DNA of 63,362 nt, the filler included, from Atractiella rhizophila (lineage: Eukaryota): assembly GCA_021432655.1 (NCBI GenBank). It is 9 parts of 9 records of this genome, joined end to end, with 100 filler letters (N's around TTAATTAATTAA, not from the genome) between each part and the next. Parts side by side here need not be neighbours in the genome. Positions count along the whole stretch, not along the records: positions 10,467 to 20,821 come from MU272080.1; positions 20,922 to 31,217 come from MU272081.1; 7 more parts are not named here. One strand, 5' to 3'. Positions 14,065-25,844 of the stretch are shown here, in pieces. The notes under the pieces were generated by a model. It did not search any database, was not told the origin of the DNA, and was given only the letters and a program-made list of their open reading frames with translations. The position numbers and the translations under genes were made by a program. Each line of letters starts with the position of its first letter. Positions within the stretch are counted from its first letter, which is position 1.

Positions 14065-15468
14065 TTTGAAGAGGGAGAGAGTGCAGCCCGGGCTGTTTAT
14101 TGAAAAGCGAGCTTCGAAGGACGTCCAACGAAAACACCAACCAATCCCAGTAGTGTAACACGAGGAGCTAACGATCTCGCACCTTGTTCCCGTTAATATG
14201 TCTTCTGCTATGTGCTTATTGCCTGCTCGCTACAGACCTGAGGCTGTTAGAGGCCTATCGTTGTGGATGTCGTGAGTTTCTGGTGGCGATTTTGTAGCTC
14301 TATAATTGCCGGAAAGCCGTGGAGCTGATCCCTGTTACGTCACCAGGCAACATCAAACCTGTGAATCATGTTATGTTCTTGTTCTCTTCTCGCGAGCCAA
14401 AACAACGAAGTTATCGGAAATCCCAAAGGAAGTTTTGACGATTTCAGGGCAATGTGCCAAGACATTGTAGCGCATCAACTGAGGCAGGAGAAAGAGAAGA
14501 TGTGTTTTGTTTCCGGATAGGTAGTTTACACCTTTCCTCTTTCAAGTTCTCGCTTTCGCTTTAACGGCTTGGACCGTTTTCTTCCACCCGTGACGGTTGG
14601 ACCATGAAGTCCTGAAAACTTGATGGTGACTGTGGAAAGTTGAACATTGATCATGAAAGGTCATGTACTTAGTTTTGATGTGCGCGATTTTGAAGTGGCA
14701 ACTTGGCACCTAAAATCCATAGAATGCGACATATTTATCAAGCCTACAAGTATAGTGGAATGTTCTGCTTCGCCTAGGTGAGGTACATATTTTTCCAAAC
14801 ACCAGAAAGCAAGTCGTTCACAAAATTTATTGCTTTTGGAGTATCATTGGGAGGGCGCGTTTGCCAAATTTCCTGAAGGTTTTTAACTTCTTCTTCTTGA
14901 GAGCATCTCTTCAAAGCAAAGTATGGAACGACCATGCTTTTTGCGCCATGTCTCGAGACTGGTAGTAGGACCGGTCCAAATCCACGTCTCACCGCCTGCT
15001 GCCACACTTCACCTTTTCTGATTGCACAAACCAAGGATCCTTTCTGACATTTGAGCCTATCGGACCCTAGGTGCTTGGATGTACGTCATGTTGTCTGACC
15101 AGGCAAAATATGATGATGCAGAGGAAGGAGGACTCTGTCGCTACCTACATATATCCTCGTCACCCGCTTGATCACATCCGGTCAGCACGAAAGGGATTGA
15201 CGATATCTAGCAAAGGGGAGGTTCATATCTCGCTAGCCTAAATCATACAGTCCACCCTGTTCCCTGTGCTTAAACGAGCATGTAGATATGAACATGTGTG
15301 GCTGCCTTGTTGGAAAATCGTGCTCAGTTCTCCTTCTTTCCTTGTATCAGGAGTGTTGTCAAAGGATATTGTCAACATGACATCCCGTCTGTGGTTGGGG
15401 AGATATCTAACCTGATCGATTTGTAAAGGGAACTTCCTCGAACGGCCCCGCCATGACCCCTCCATTTC

Positions 15469-15476
15469 CTATAAAG
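15469..15476 (+). promoter_or_regulatory. Candidate TATA box of the small secreted protein gene
   Basis: CTATAAAG about 80 nt upstream of ATG 15550, followed by a CT-rich leader. Confidence 0.5.
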
Positions 15477-15549
15477 CCAGCAGGATTTTCTGCATGAGGC
15501 AACAAGTAGTTTAATCTCTTTCCTTCATCTCTAAGTCGCTGACGGGAAA

Positions 15550-16080
15550 ATGCTCGCTAAATCTGTCATCATCTCTGCCCTCGCCCTTCTGGCTTCCGCA
15601 TCCGACTTTGAGAAAGTCAAACGTGGAAACTGCCCCGACACTCTTGTCTGGGATACCGCGAACGGAAACGTTATCCCTCATGAAGACGGCTGCTGGGCTT
15701 TAGCGACTCAGGGGATCCGCTTCCCAGTTGGAAAGACCAAGGCGACATACACAGTTGTGGTTCGTCATCCTCTGGTGTGCATTCACGCTCTGAACCTCCA
15801 TCAGGACGCCGCTACTTGTGCTGAAGTCGCTCTTCCGAACGGGATTGGGATTCGGCGAGGTTTCTGCTATGGCGACTGGTGCAATTGTGGAGCCGTCAGT
15901 CCCACCTGTCCTATCACTGTCGGGGCTAGCGGTACTGGAGCTGTTTCCATTACTGCTCCCAGCGAGTACCAGAGCGACAGCTTATGGAGTTCCATCTCTA
16001 TGAGTACGACGACGACTACGGCCGAATTCAGTTGTGACAACATAAAAAATCTTTACCTCCCAAAACTTGTTTTCGAATGA
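15550..16080 (+). CDS. Small secreted cysteine-rich protein (about 161 aa after a probable 45-nt intron at 15760-15804)
   Basis: Signal peptide MLAKSVIISALALLASA, dibasic KR at the end of a short propeptide, 8 Cys in the spliced product. Confidence 0.8.
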   Translation: MLAKSVIISALALLASASDFEKVKRGNCPDTLVWDTANGNVIPHEDGCWALATQGIRFPVGKTKATYTVVVRHPLVCIHALNLHQDAATCAEVALPNGIGIRRGFCYGDWCNCGAVSPTCPITVGASGTGAVSITAPSEYQSDSLWSSISMSTTTTTAEFSCDNIKNLYLPKLVFE

Positions 16081-16270
16081 GTGAGCTTTTCACCCAGCAA
16101 GCTTCCTTACTTTACTCACATTAGCGTAAAAGGACATGCTATTACGCAGCCATCCCTCGTTTTGAGCAGAATAACCTGCTGTCACTGGCTCTCTGTTTAG
16201 CGCAAGGATCTCTATATTATTGCATTTCTACGTTCAATTACCCAATTGTAAACCCTATCGAACTCTGGAA

Positions 16271-17994
16271 TCACATGATGAACAACAAATCTGTGTCGAT
16301 TGGATGACAAGCCGAAAGCTGAGGCTTCTGACTATACTTCTCCTTGAGTTCCTCCCTGATCGTCTTGAGCAATTGCAAGTAGCTCTGCTGGGGATACTTG
16401 GTCAAACTGGCAATGAATGCGTAGCTGTTCCCCTTGTTGAGCTCCGTGAGAAAGAACGAGCTGTGGAACACGAACCTCATAGCTCCAGTAGCCTCTCCTT
16501 GAACCTGGGTATCCGCGCTCGTCTGATCGTCCCTGCAGCCGCTAAACATGATTACCTTTCACACCTGTCAATCACGGCTTTCGTTTAAGGGGGGGGGGAA
16601 ATACGTCAGCAGGAGAAGTATTGTTTTTGATCGTTGCCTCGTGCGCCTTATCTGCCTTCTCTGCCATCATGGTGATCTGTTTCATAGTCTCTAAAGCTCC
16701 TCTGGCGTCGCCAGCAAGATAGCTCTTCAGAGCCTCCATGGCCCCGCCTCCTGTTTGATCAAGGACATGACCGTAGGGTTCTTTGATCTTGCCCTCAGTA
16801 GAATACATGTACGGCAGGTCGAGGGCAGAACCAGAGTGACAGCAGTCGAAGAGCCTGCCAGAAACTTAAGAAGATTGCCCAGTGAACGTACTTAGGACGA
16901 TGCGTACGCAGTAAGACGACAACCAGCAGGAAGTGGTCTAACGAGCAGGTCGTGAATCATGTCGTCGACGATTTGCCCCTCTTCGATGTAGTCAACAGGA
17001 CAAATGGTCTCATCAGCACCTGAGACCAGAATTGTGAGGCTACGGTCTATCACGTTGGAATGAGACGAACCATCATGCTCATCACCGTCCCCTGCGCCAC
17101 CACGCTCGTCGGGAACTTGACCTCCATGCCCAGAATAATGAAATACCAGACTGTCGTTCGGCTGAGCATCTTGTACCAACCACCTAGATGCACGTTAGCC
17201 GAACACTTCGGGGTGTCCACAACGTACTTCATAGCTAGGATAATATTCTTTCCAGTAGGTCGGAAATTTTCTTCCGTCCCTGGTTTATCCAGGAGTACCA
17301 AAATGTCATCGTCTTTAAAATCGTAGCCTTCTATCAAAAATCTAATCCCCCAGAGTTAGACATCGTCTGATGCCCCGAATTGACCAACCTTTTCACGTTT
17401 TCGGCATCATTCCAACATCCGCGCAACTCAGCCTTCGTTCCCACATAGTTAATGCCAACGCAAACTGCCTTCTTCTTGCCACTAGATAAAGGGGCATTAA
17501 ATCTTCTCCTCGAGCAGGGAGTGCGGCGAGCCTACCTGCAGTCGGAGTATGTCCACCAATCGTCCGCCCCTTTCTCCGGAGAAAGATGGAGCGCGCCGAC
17601 GTCGGGAGGTTCCAATGCACCTGGCGGTTTTGGGTCGAGCGGCCCGCCATAGTGGTGCGGGTGAGGAGGAGCGGGAGGAGGCGTGAAGGTGTCCGCGGGG
17701 TACGGGTGCTCATGTTCTGCTTCTTGTTAGAGTGGAGGGCGTTGCAGATCATTACTGACCCTCAACCTCCTCGCTGTCTGACTTCTTCTCAGCTTCATCC
17801 TCCTCCTTTTCTTCCTCCTCTTCTGCCTTCTCGGACTTTTCCTCTTCCTCTTCTTCATTACCATTCTCGTTATCTTCTGCATTCTCTTCCTCGTTTTCCT
17901 CCTCGTCGACAGATTTTTCGTCTTCGTTTTCATCCTCTTCTTCATGGTGTACGTTCTCCTCCTCTGACTCAGGATCGGAATGGTGACGAGGCAT
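16271..17994 (-). CDS. MCA1: Type I metacaspase (peptidase C14), multi-exon
   Basis: [24 protein letters not shown] (catalytic His), [22 protein letters not shown] (catalytic Cys), [26 protein letters not shown]. Confidence 0.95.
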
Positions 17995-18338
17995 TTTGAT
18001 TGATTTGCACTGTAAACAACACAATCACTACTCCTCCAACGAATGATGTTGAGAATGGGAGTTGGTATACCTTTTGAATTTCAAGCCTTTCTTGTTACCG
18101 AGAAGAAATTCTGCAGTATTTTGAAAAGAGACGCTGATGTTGTGAGCTTTTAAAGAGCTGAGGGCTGCGACTTGGAGTGTTGCACATTGAACGTTCACAG
18201 GGACGTCACTCGACAGAAGCAAGTTGGCTGTAGAATGATTGCTTTGCATATACATACTATACATGCCCACAACAACCTGTTCTTCCGTCAACCAACTTCG
18301 GAAACCCCGGAGACGACTTACAAGTCGGTGTCTTATCA

Positions 18339-19842
18339 CTACTCATAGAACGCGCCCCACAGCTCAGTCTGCTGCTGCCTACTTTCCAACCTGATTTCTG
18401 TTCCTGCTTTCAGGAAGATGCTGTGGCCTATTCCTAACTCCATCCTCTCTCCTGTGTCCATCTTGTTTTCAATCGCAGCCGAACCTTTGAGCACGAGGAG
18501 GACGAGCGGGCCGCCGAACTGGAGCAGCTCAGATTCACATCCTGAGAGGGAGGTATGCAGAAGATTGAATTCAGGTATCGGAGGTGAGTAGATAGTCGTG
18601 AATGAGGTCCCGGGGCGGCACGAGCGGTTTAGGCGGAGAGAAGAGGCTGGGACGTGGCGATAAGAGAGCTGGTAAAGAGGTCAGATCAGACGGATTGAGA
18701 CACAGAAGATCAAAACCATGTCAACGAATGTCCGCACTCCGCCTGCTTCTTGGCCTAAACCATGGCACACCATGTTATCGCTGTTTGCCATGCATTCTAC
18801 ACAATCTCCTTCAACATAAGCTGATGCCCAGCAGGTCAGTCCACTTCTACCTCCTGAAGGAACTTGTTACCGTGTATATCATCTGCCAGGATCCACATTC
18901 CTTCTCCTTCCTTCACGTTTACCAAATTCATCATAAACGTTGTCACTAGTAAGCCCACGTCTTTCCCGTAAACGTCCCTACACTTGTTCCAGATAATCAT
19001 GGAGCCTTGAGGCAAAGATTGCTCTCCTTCCTTCTCGATAGCTTCGATGGACTCTGCAATATCATCCGCAGTAAGGGTGATAAGACGTTGGAAGATTGCT
19101 CTGATCCCCGCCTTCTGCTCCTGGTCGCTTGAACTGGGATTGTGCTGGGATCTGAGGAGCGGCAAATCAGGAAGGAGTCGTTTCATTGTATTCGAACGGT
19201 CGAGATTTGCGTAGATCTCTTCAAGTGGACAAAATCCAACGAAGGCCGTGAAGTCCGCCAGTGCTACAAAACATTCTGGCTTCGCGTTGGCGTCTACTTC
19301 CAGTCAGATAAATGTGATGTGAATGAGAGGCGTAGTTCGCACCAACAAACTCTCCTCCGCCGCCGGTGACGCGTTTTGCAATGTCGGAGAGCCACAATTT
19401 TGTACCGAGACTCTTGTCAGGGTGAGCTTGAAGAGGCAACGCTTTGTCGAAAGAGAGCACTTTGAAAAGAAAAGGAAGCCAAAGACCCCCCGCGTATGGT
19501 TGAAGAGCCGCCGCTTTCTCCCCCAAGAATTCGACTGGATTGGAGCTGATAAGTTCGTGCAACGTTTTGGATGAAGAATAGAGTGTGGAGGATCCATTGG
19601 GATGCGTGGAACCGATCCAGATTTCACCGTATGCTTCAATGGCCATGCTCGTCAACATAATGCGTGGTAAGAACACGAAACTGCGTACGTTGCTTAGGAT
19701 CAATGGACACCTCTTCACCCAAAGCTGATTTGGCAAGCTGTGCGGCAAGCGACTTTTCACCTTCCTTCCCGTATGGAAACGGTTGAAGCACTGGCTTCAA
19801 GAGAAAGATTGTGGGAGAGGAGTTCACCGTGGTGCTGGTCAT
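18339..19842 (-). CDS. Type I phosphomannose-isomerase-like cupin protein (divergent)
   Basis: YGEIWIGSTHPNG, LPFLFKVLSFDKALPLQAHPDK, DANAKPE, ADDIHAYVEGDCVECMANSDN, IYSPPIPEF. Ends WGAFYE*. Confidence 0.9.
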
Positions 19843-20921
19843 AATGCGCACAGATTCTCTGAAGCTGCCTTGAATCTGCTCTGACCTGCTCGTGGTTGAA
19901 TATTGAATTCTGGGATCAATCAGATCCTGGGATTCGTTATCAAAAATTATAACCGGTCAAGGTGGTCAACGGCGGGACGACATTTCACGTCATCGTTCGA
20001 GCTGCTTCAGAAACGAGTTGACTTTATGGGTTGGGCTATCAGCAAGTTTGACCGTATTGTCACAGGCGGCCAGCCTCAAAACTCGAGCGATTCTAGTTGA
20101 AACAGTCAGATTCAACTGGCTGAGCTCTAAAAGAGACAGTAAAAAGAACACAGCGCGGTGATATCGACAGACTTGAGCGTTGCCGTATGATAGTAGGCTC
20201 ACCTTTCTTTTGCCCATCTTCACCATACTTTGCCGCATCAAATTTTCAAATCAGCAAAAATGATGCTAACAAACTCGTCGAAGATACCACCTCTCTTCAC
20301 AAAATCAGCTCAGTACTACACAACATCATGGTTGCAATTCTTGTCGAAGTTAGCAAATCGGGACAAGTTGGAATAGAGAGATTCGAAAACGGCGCTTTTA
20401 TTTCATTTCGAAAGGATGCACTGGTGTTCTATATCTGATGATTGGATATTATTTGAGGAATGTAGGTTATAATGAGGACTTGCAATGTTTTTGATCTCCT
20501 TCCTTTCGGCCGAGCTTCTTTTTGTCTCCAGCTCCGGTCGAGCACATAAAAAACGCCGGGGCGCCTTGATCACTTTTTGTCCTTGTCCTTTTCTGAAAGG
20601 CGCGCACGGATGTTGAGTTGTTGAGATGACGGATTATTGGGTCTCAAAGGGCAATTACTGGTGCAAGGCGCGTCACTGTCACTTTCTTACGTGATCTTGG
20701 AGAAATTACCCTGAAAAATCCCACTAGTTCTGCGAACAGTTCATCAGGGACGATGCTCCGTCGAGGCAGCAGCACGAGAGTGGTCTCAAGCATAAAGAGA
20801 GGCAAAGGACTTTCGTGAACANNNNNNNNNNNNNNNNNNNNNNNNNNNNNNNNNNNNNNNNNNNNTTAATTAATTAANNNNNNNNNNNNNNNNNNNNNNN
20901 NNNNNNNNNNNNNNNNNNNNN

Positions 20922-22252
20922 CCTACCATATCCCAAAAAGTACTCTTCGAAGAAGAAGTTTAGACCAGTGAAGGTCGTCCATGATGAGGATATCATTCGG
21001 AGAGCGTATTTTAGGGATAGACCTTGGGAGGGGTACAGGACGAGGAGCTTGGTGGAAGGGGAGAAGGTGGGTGAGATGGAGACTACGGCTGGAGCTTGGT
21101 TGGATAGGATGAGGGATATGGAGGTGGTGAAGCTTGAAAAATTGTCTTTGAAGCCAGGACCTGAGCTGTACGTTTTTCTTCATACCTCTGGATCTTTTTG
21201 GTTGAAAGGTTTGTTGCATGGCTAGTACCATCGCCTACGCTCTCTATTTACACAAACACTCGCCCTCTCCTCTCTCCCTGAACGCAGCCTACCGAAAAGC
21301 GATGGACGACTCCAACGCTCTCCTCGTCTCTCAATCCCTCAGCTCCATCTACTCACAAATGGAAGCCGAATCCTACGGCGTCGTCTTCTCCTCGCCCATC
21401 GACCGTTTCGTTCGCGCCGAAGACCGTGGTCTCGCTCAATGGGAAGGCAAGGTTATTTCCGCCTCGGGTGTGGTTACAGAGAAAGGGAAGCGGTCGAGGA
21501 GCTTGTTGGACGAGACGGAGAAGGAGAGGGTGTCGGTGGACGAGTATTTGGAGAGGGGGAAGATGAGGGGGTATGATAGGAGGAGGGATTATAAGGTGTT
21601 GGAAGAGGAGGCGAGAGAGAGAGGAGAGGATCCGATGATGCTTATGGGGATGGCGGAGGAGGATAGGAAGGCATTAGAGGCTCAGAGGGGTGCGGTGGAG
21701 GATGGATTAGAAGCAGAGCAAAGGGAGAGAACGGATGCACAGGTTGGTGAACAGGTTTCCCTCGCTCAAAGTATGGAAGACGACTTGGAACAAGCATGGT
21801 CGTTCGAGGAAGGCCAACCATTCGACTCCAACGACGAGATGGGAACACCCATCCCTCCTATCCCCGCACAATCTTCCATCAATACGGCAGATACGGACGC
21901 GCCAGCCTCTCTCCTATCATCTGACGTTGTACGCGAAACCGCTCCAAAGCCAGATGGATACCCGACCCCAGCTTCCATACCTTCCGAAAAATCATCCATC
22001 GAACCCGTACAGTCCGCTGCATCAGATGCCACCACGGAAGTTGAAGCTGAGGGAGGAGAAGCGGACGACCTCCTCTCCATGGACGTGGACTTCTCGAAGC
22101 CCCGACCGAGGGAGATTGCAGAGGAGGAGGCGGAGGAGGTGTTGTTGCAGGAGGCGTGGGAGAAGGAGGGTGCGGTGGACGAGGGGAAGAAGAGGGTGCC
22201 GAAACATGAGCTGGTTAAGAGGGCCAGGGCGAAGAAGAGTCAGGTGGAGTAG
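20922..22252 (+). CDS. RSM25: Mitochondrial small ribosomal subunit protein mS23/Rsm25, 5'-truncated, with long acidic C-terminal extension
   Basis: FRPVKVVHDEDIIRRAYFRDRPWEGYRTRSLVE, then after an intron TIAYALYLH..LSLNAAYRKA..EAESYG. Confidence 0.75.
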
Positions 22253-23214
22253 TCCCGTAGTGGGAGACGATAGATGCTTATAATTTTACGGAGCCTAAAA
22301 TTTGGGACAAGAGTGACATGTCAATTTGTCAACCACCTTTCCTGGGTTAAGTTATCTTGAACCCGTAGTTTGGGGTGAACTATCTCGAATTTGCTGCTGC
22401 AGACAGCTTAATAAATACGCTTTGCTGCGAGATTTGAATGTCTGCAAGGAAACAAAAAGTTCGACCCGGATCTTCCGAGTTACGTCCACAGGAAGTTGTA
22501 CTATGTAGGATTCACTGTAAGTGTGGTGTGAATTCCGTGTTGTGAGTACTCAAGAGTCAATATTGCACACTTGTCTGTTTCTCCAGTGCAATACGGTTAA
22601 TCGAGCTTGAGCTGCCTAGAAATCTGCAGACGGCCACCTTTCATCTTTGCAATCAAGCTACTGCGTTTAAAAATGCAGTGAATTATCTTTCAGGCTCCTC
22701 AGGCCAGTTTTCCACATGCAGAAATCATGGATGAGACAATAGTTTATGACTGAAGAAAATTACCAATAGTATTGATTCAGTGGAACATGTAATCACACCT
22801 GGATGATGGGCTTCGACCTACCTGCAGACGATGGTGGAACTGGGAAAATTTACGACGACAAAGTTGTCGCAAAAGTTGTGTTTTGAAGTTTCGCCTTCCA
22901 CAGTACATGCCAGAGCCGAACAAACATGATTCTTTCTTAGAACGTCGCTCTCCACTCATATCAAGCGGAGACAGGAAGATGACCACCGACACATGCTTAG
23001 AGTCTAGGGCCGGTTGTTGAAAGCCATGAGAATTTTTGTTTGTAATGGCAGGTTGCCCATACCAAGATACTAATTACAGTAACATGCAGAAAGTCGAAAT
23101 AGAAGTCCATGATGGGATACTGGATTGCTGGTACCTATAAGAACCCCAGCAGACAACTCGCTATCCCATCCACATCTACTTTGCTCCAATCAACCGCACT
23201 CGAGCGAATTCCAG

Positions 23215-24075
23215 ATGGCAGCCATCAGTACTTTTCCACAGGACATTTTGAATGCAAATCAGAAGTACGCAGAGAACGAGCACCGTCAAAGGACGGCTGG
23301 CAAGTTGGATAGTATACCTCCGTCTAAGCAACTTATTGTTCTCACTTGTGAGCGTTTTGTCACTCATAGTATGAGAAGGCTAACGAGAGGTGGCAGGCAT
23401 GGATGCTCGCCTCGATCCACTCGCGAGTAAGTTTGACATCTGTGAATAAACAAAGCCTGACTGCAGCCGTAATCAGATCTGGGACTTGTCGAAGGCGAAG
23501 CACATATCATTAGAAATGCTGGAGGGTTAGCTAAAGATGCCATAAGGTCTATAGTCCTCTCTCAACTTTTGGGTGAGTCTCCTGTCCCTCTCTCTCCCAC
23601 TCTGGTATTTATTGAACCTGAATCCGGCACCAAGGTGCACGTAAAATTGCTATTTTCCGTCACTCGGGTTCGTCTTTTATCTTTAAATTCTCGAAAAATT
23701 CAAATTGAGGATGGTTGAAAAAGATTGCGGGATGGTACGTTTTTGGTATCATTCTCCTGTGAACCTCTAAAGAAGGCTTGGGACCGGCTAGCTGACGTTC
23801 GAAGAACCTCAAGCGAAGGACTTACTCGTCCAGAGGTTGGGATCGGCGGCCGAAGAGAACTTAAAGGAACTCGCGTTGCTTCCTTTTTCTAATCTGGAGG
23901 AGAGTCTGAAGGAGGACGCGGCCTTCTTGAAAGCCCATCCGCTCGTGGACCCAGAAACGGAGATTGTGGGATTCATTTATCAGGTCCGTTTTTTCGATTG
24001 TTTCTTTATCTTGTCAAGAACTATTGCTGACGGTTAATTTAGCTCCAGGATGGGAGAGTCAAACAAGTTTTGTAA
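23215..24075 (+). CDS. Small beta-class carbonic anhydrase (clade D-like), multi-exon
   Basis: Spliced motifs VLTCMDARLDP, EAHIIRNAGG and RHSDCGM (Zn ligands Cys, His, Cys). Ends GFIYQLQDGRVKQVL*. Confidence 0.9.
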
Positions 24076-24586
24076 CTATTTAGAGGATCTTACATTGACC
24101 TCAAACAGTAGCGGAAAGCGGAAGAAAGAAATTATCAATGACGGAATCAAATAAATAACGTAGTAGTAATATTGCCTTGAAACCTTGAGCAGACATCAAG
24201 CACCAGACAGCACGACATCTCTTCTTCTCTACCGTTGCATATATTGGCGACGCAATGAGCCAACACTCCCTGATATTAATCACTGCAGTGAATTCTGAAT
24301 CAGGCCGTAAAACTTCGCTAACGTGGATTGAATAGTAATATTGAACATTGCCTTTGGGACTCGAATCCAGCCCGCCCCACTTCAATCCTCAAAGTTTGAG
24401 GGAGTAGCAGCTAGAAGCAAGCACAAGGGGAAAGGAAAACAACGGATGTAGAGGGTCACAAAGCATGGATGCGCTTGGATACCATGACAGGAGGTGGTAT
24501 GACCCCGAACAGACTTTGCAATTCTGAGTGTGCTACAACAAAATCCCATTTGACAGTTTTGTTAACTTTACAACCATTGTCGGCAT

Positions 24587-25652
24587 CTAAATCTTCTGCA
24601 TAGCCTGTTCGCGACGCAAAGAAAAATCAGTCAAAATCTTATCTCTGCATCAGTAAAAATAGGGAGGCGACGTACTTGGATGTCCGAGCTTTGAACGTAA
24701 TCCTCAAACTCTGCGATCTGCTCCTGAAGTTCGTCCAAGGACACCTTCTCGTCTTCGACGACGAGGGAGATCTGCAGCTTGCTCACTCCGTATCCGACGG
24801 GGACTGTAGTCCATGCCATCGTATGAGCTCGATGGGCGAGTCAGCAAGGGTAAGTGACGAGCGTACCAAGTTTGGAGAGACCCCAGACCAAACCGTCCTT
24901 TTGGACGGATCGCACAGCTGCCTCCAACTTGTCCATCGGGGTCTCATCGTCCCAGGGCTTTACGTCCAGAGTGACCAAGCTCTAACGGACGCCATTTCAT
25001 CAGATCATGCTCACATTCTTAGAGGCAACGCAACGAGAAACAAACCTTAGCGACAGGCTTAACCTTGCCCGCCTTCTTCGCCGCATACTCTTCCAACCTC
25101 TTCTTCTTCAACGCCTCCGCCTCCTCATCGACCTCCTCATCGTCAGATCCAAAGAAAGTCCATGTCGTCGTCGTCTCCTCCTTCAGCTGCAGCGGCGGGA
25201 GCAGCGGAGGAAGAGGGGATGTAGGATTCGCCAGATTTTTTGCTGTCGCCAGGGAAAGAACCGAATTCGCTCTCGTACGACGCGATGTGGTTGTACCACC
25301 TCAATGCGTTTTGCGTCTTCGGAGCGCTCCCAAGAGCTTTGAAGACTGCTACATCGGCCTGAGAGGGCTGGAAGCTATCCAACCAAGATGAAAGATCAGC
25401 TGGATTTCACTTGATGCTTTGGATATTTGTGGTGAAAAAAGCAGAGAGGAGTATTGGAAGAATCAGAGGGCTTGGTATACTTTTTCTTCAATTTTTGACG
25501 GGCGTCTTACTTCCCAATCAGAAACACGGACCAAAGCTTCATCTCATCATTTCATCTCCTCTAGCTCGCTCCAGATTTAATGAAAAAACATACCCTTCGA
25601 TGTAAGACTTGTCAGCGAGGAAGGATTCAAGGGCAGCAACGTCGATCGCCAT
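24587..25652 (-). CDS. EFB1: Translation elongation factor 1-beta (apparent 1-nt frameshift near 25155)
   Basis: [29 protein letters not shown], acidic D-x-[48 protein letters not shown]. Confidence 0.95.
25458..25555 (-). ncRNA. snR18: Box C/D snoRNA U18/snR18 inside EF-1beta intron 1
   Basis: Minus strand: box C ATGATGA (25550-25544), guide TTTGGTCCGTGTTT antisense to the conserved LSU rRNA AAACACGGACCAA, D' CTGA (25521-25518), C'-like TGAAGA, box D CTGA (25466-25463), flanking AGGAG/CTCCT stem. Yeast snR18 is known to lie in the EFB1 intron. Confidence 0.9.
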
Positions 25653-25844
25653 TTCTTAAGAGGAATCGAAGCTATTCAGACGAAAGCAGATGGCAGTTTA
25701 TAAAATTTTGTGGCTTTTCAAGACGTTGAGGATGGTTAATGCGGTTGATGCCTTGTTAATGATCTCCGCATTTGTTTCTTGCATCAACTTCGTCGAAAAG
25801 TTCCACGCACGCGTTTGACTTTCACGCAGAAGGCGACAAGAAAG

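Noticed and set aside
24345..24415. GGATTCGAGTCCC (minus strand) resembles a tRNA T-loop/B box
   Set aside because: No acceptor stem or cloverleaf could be built.
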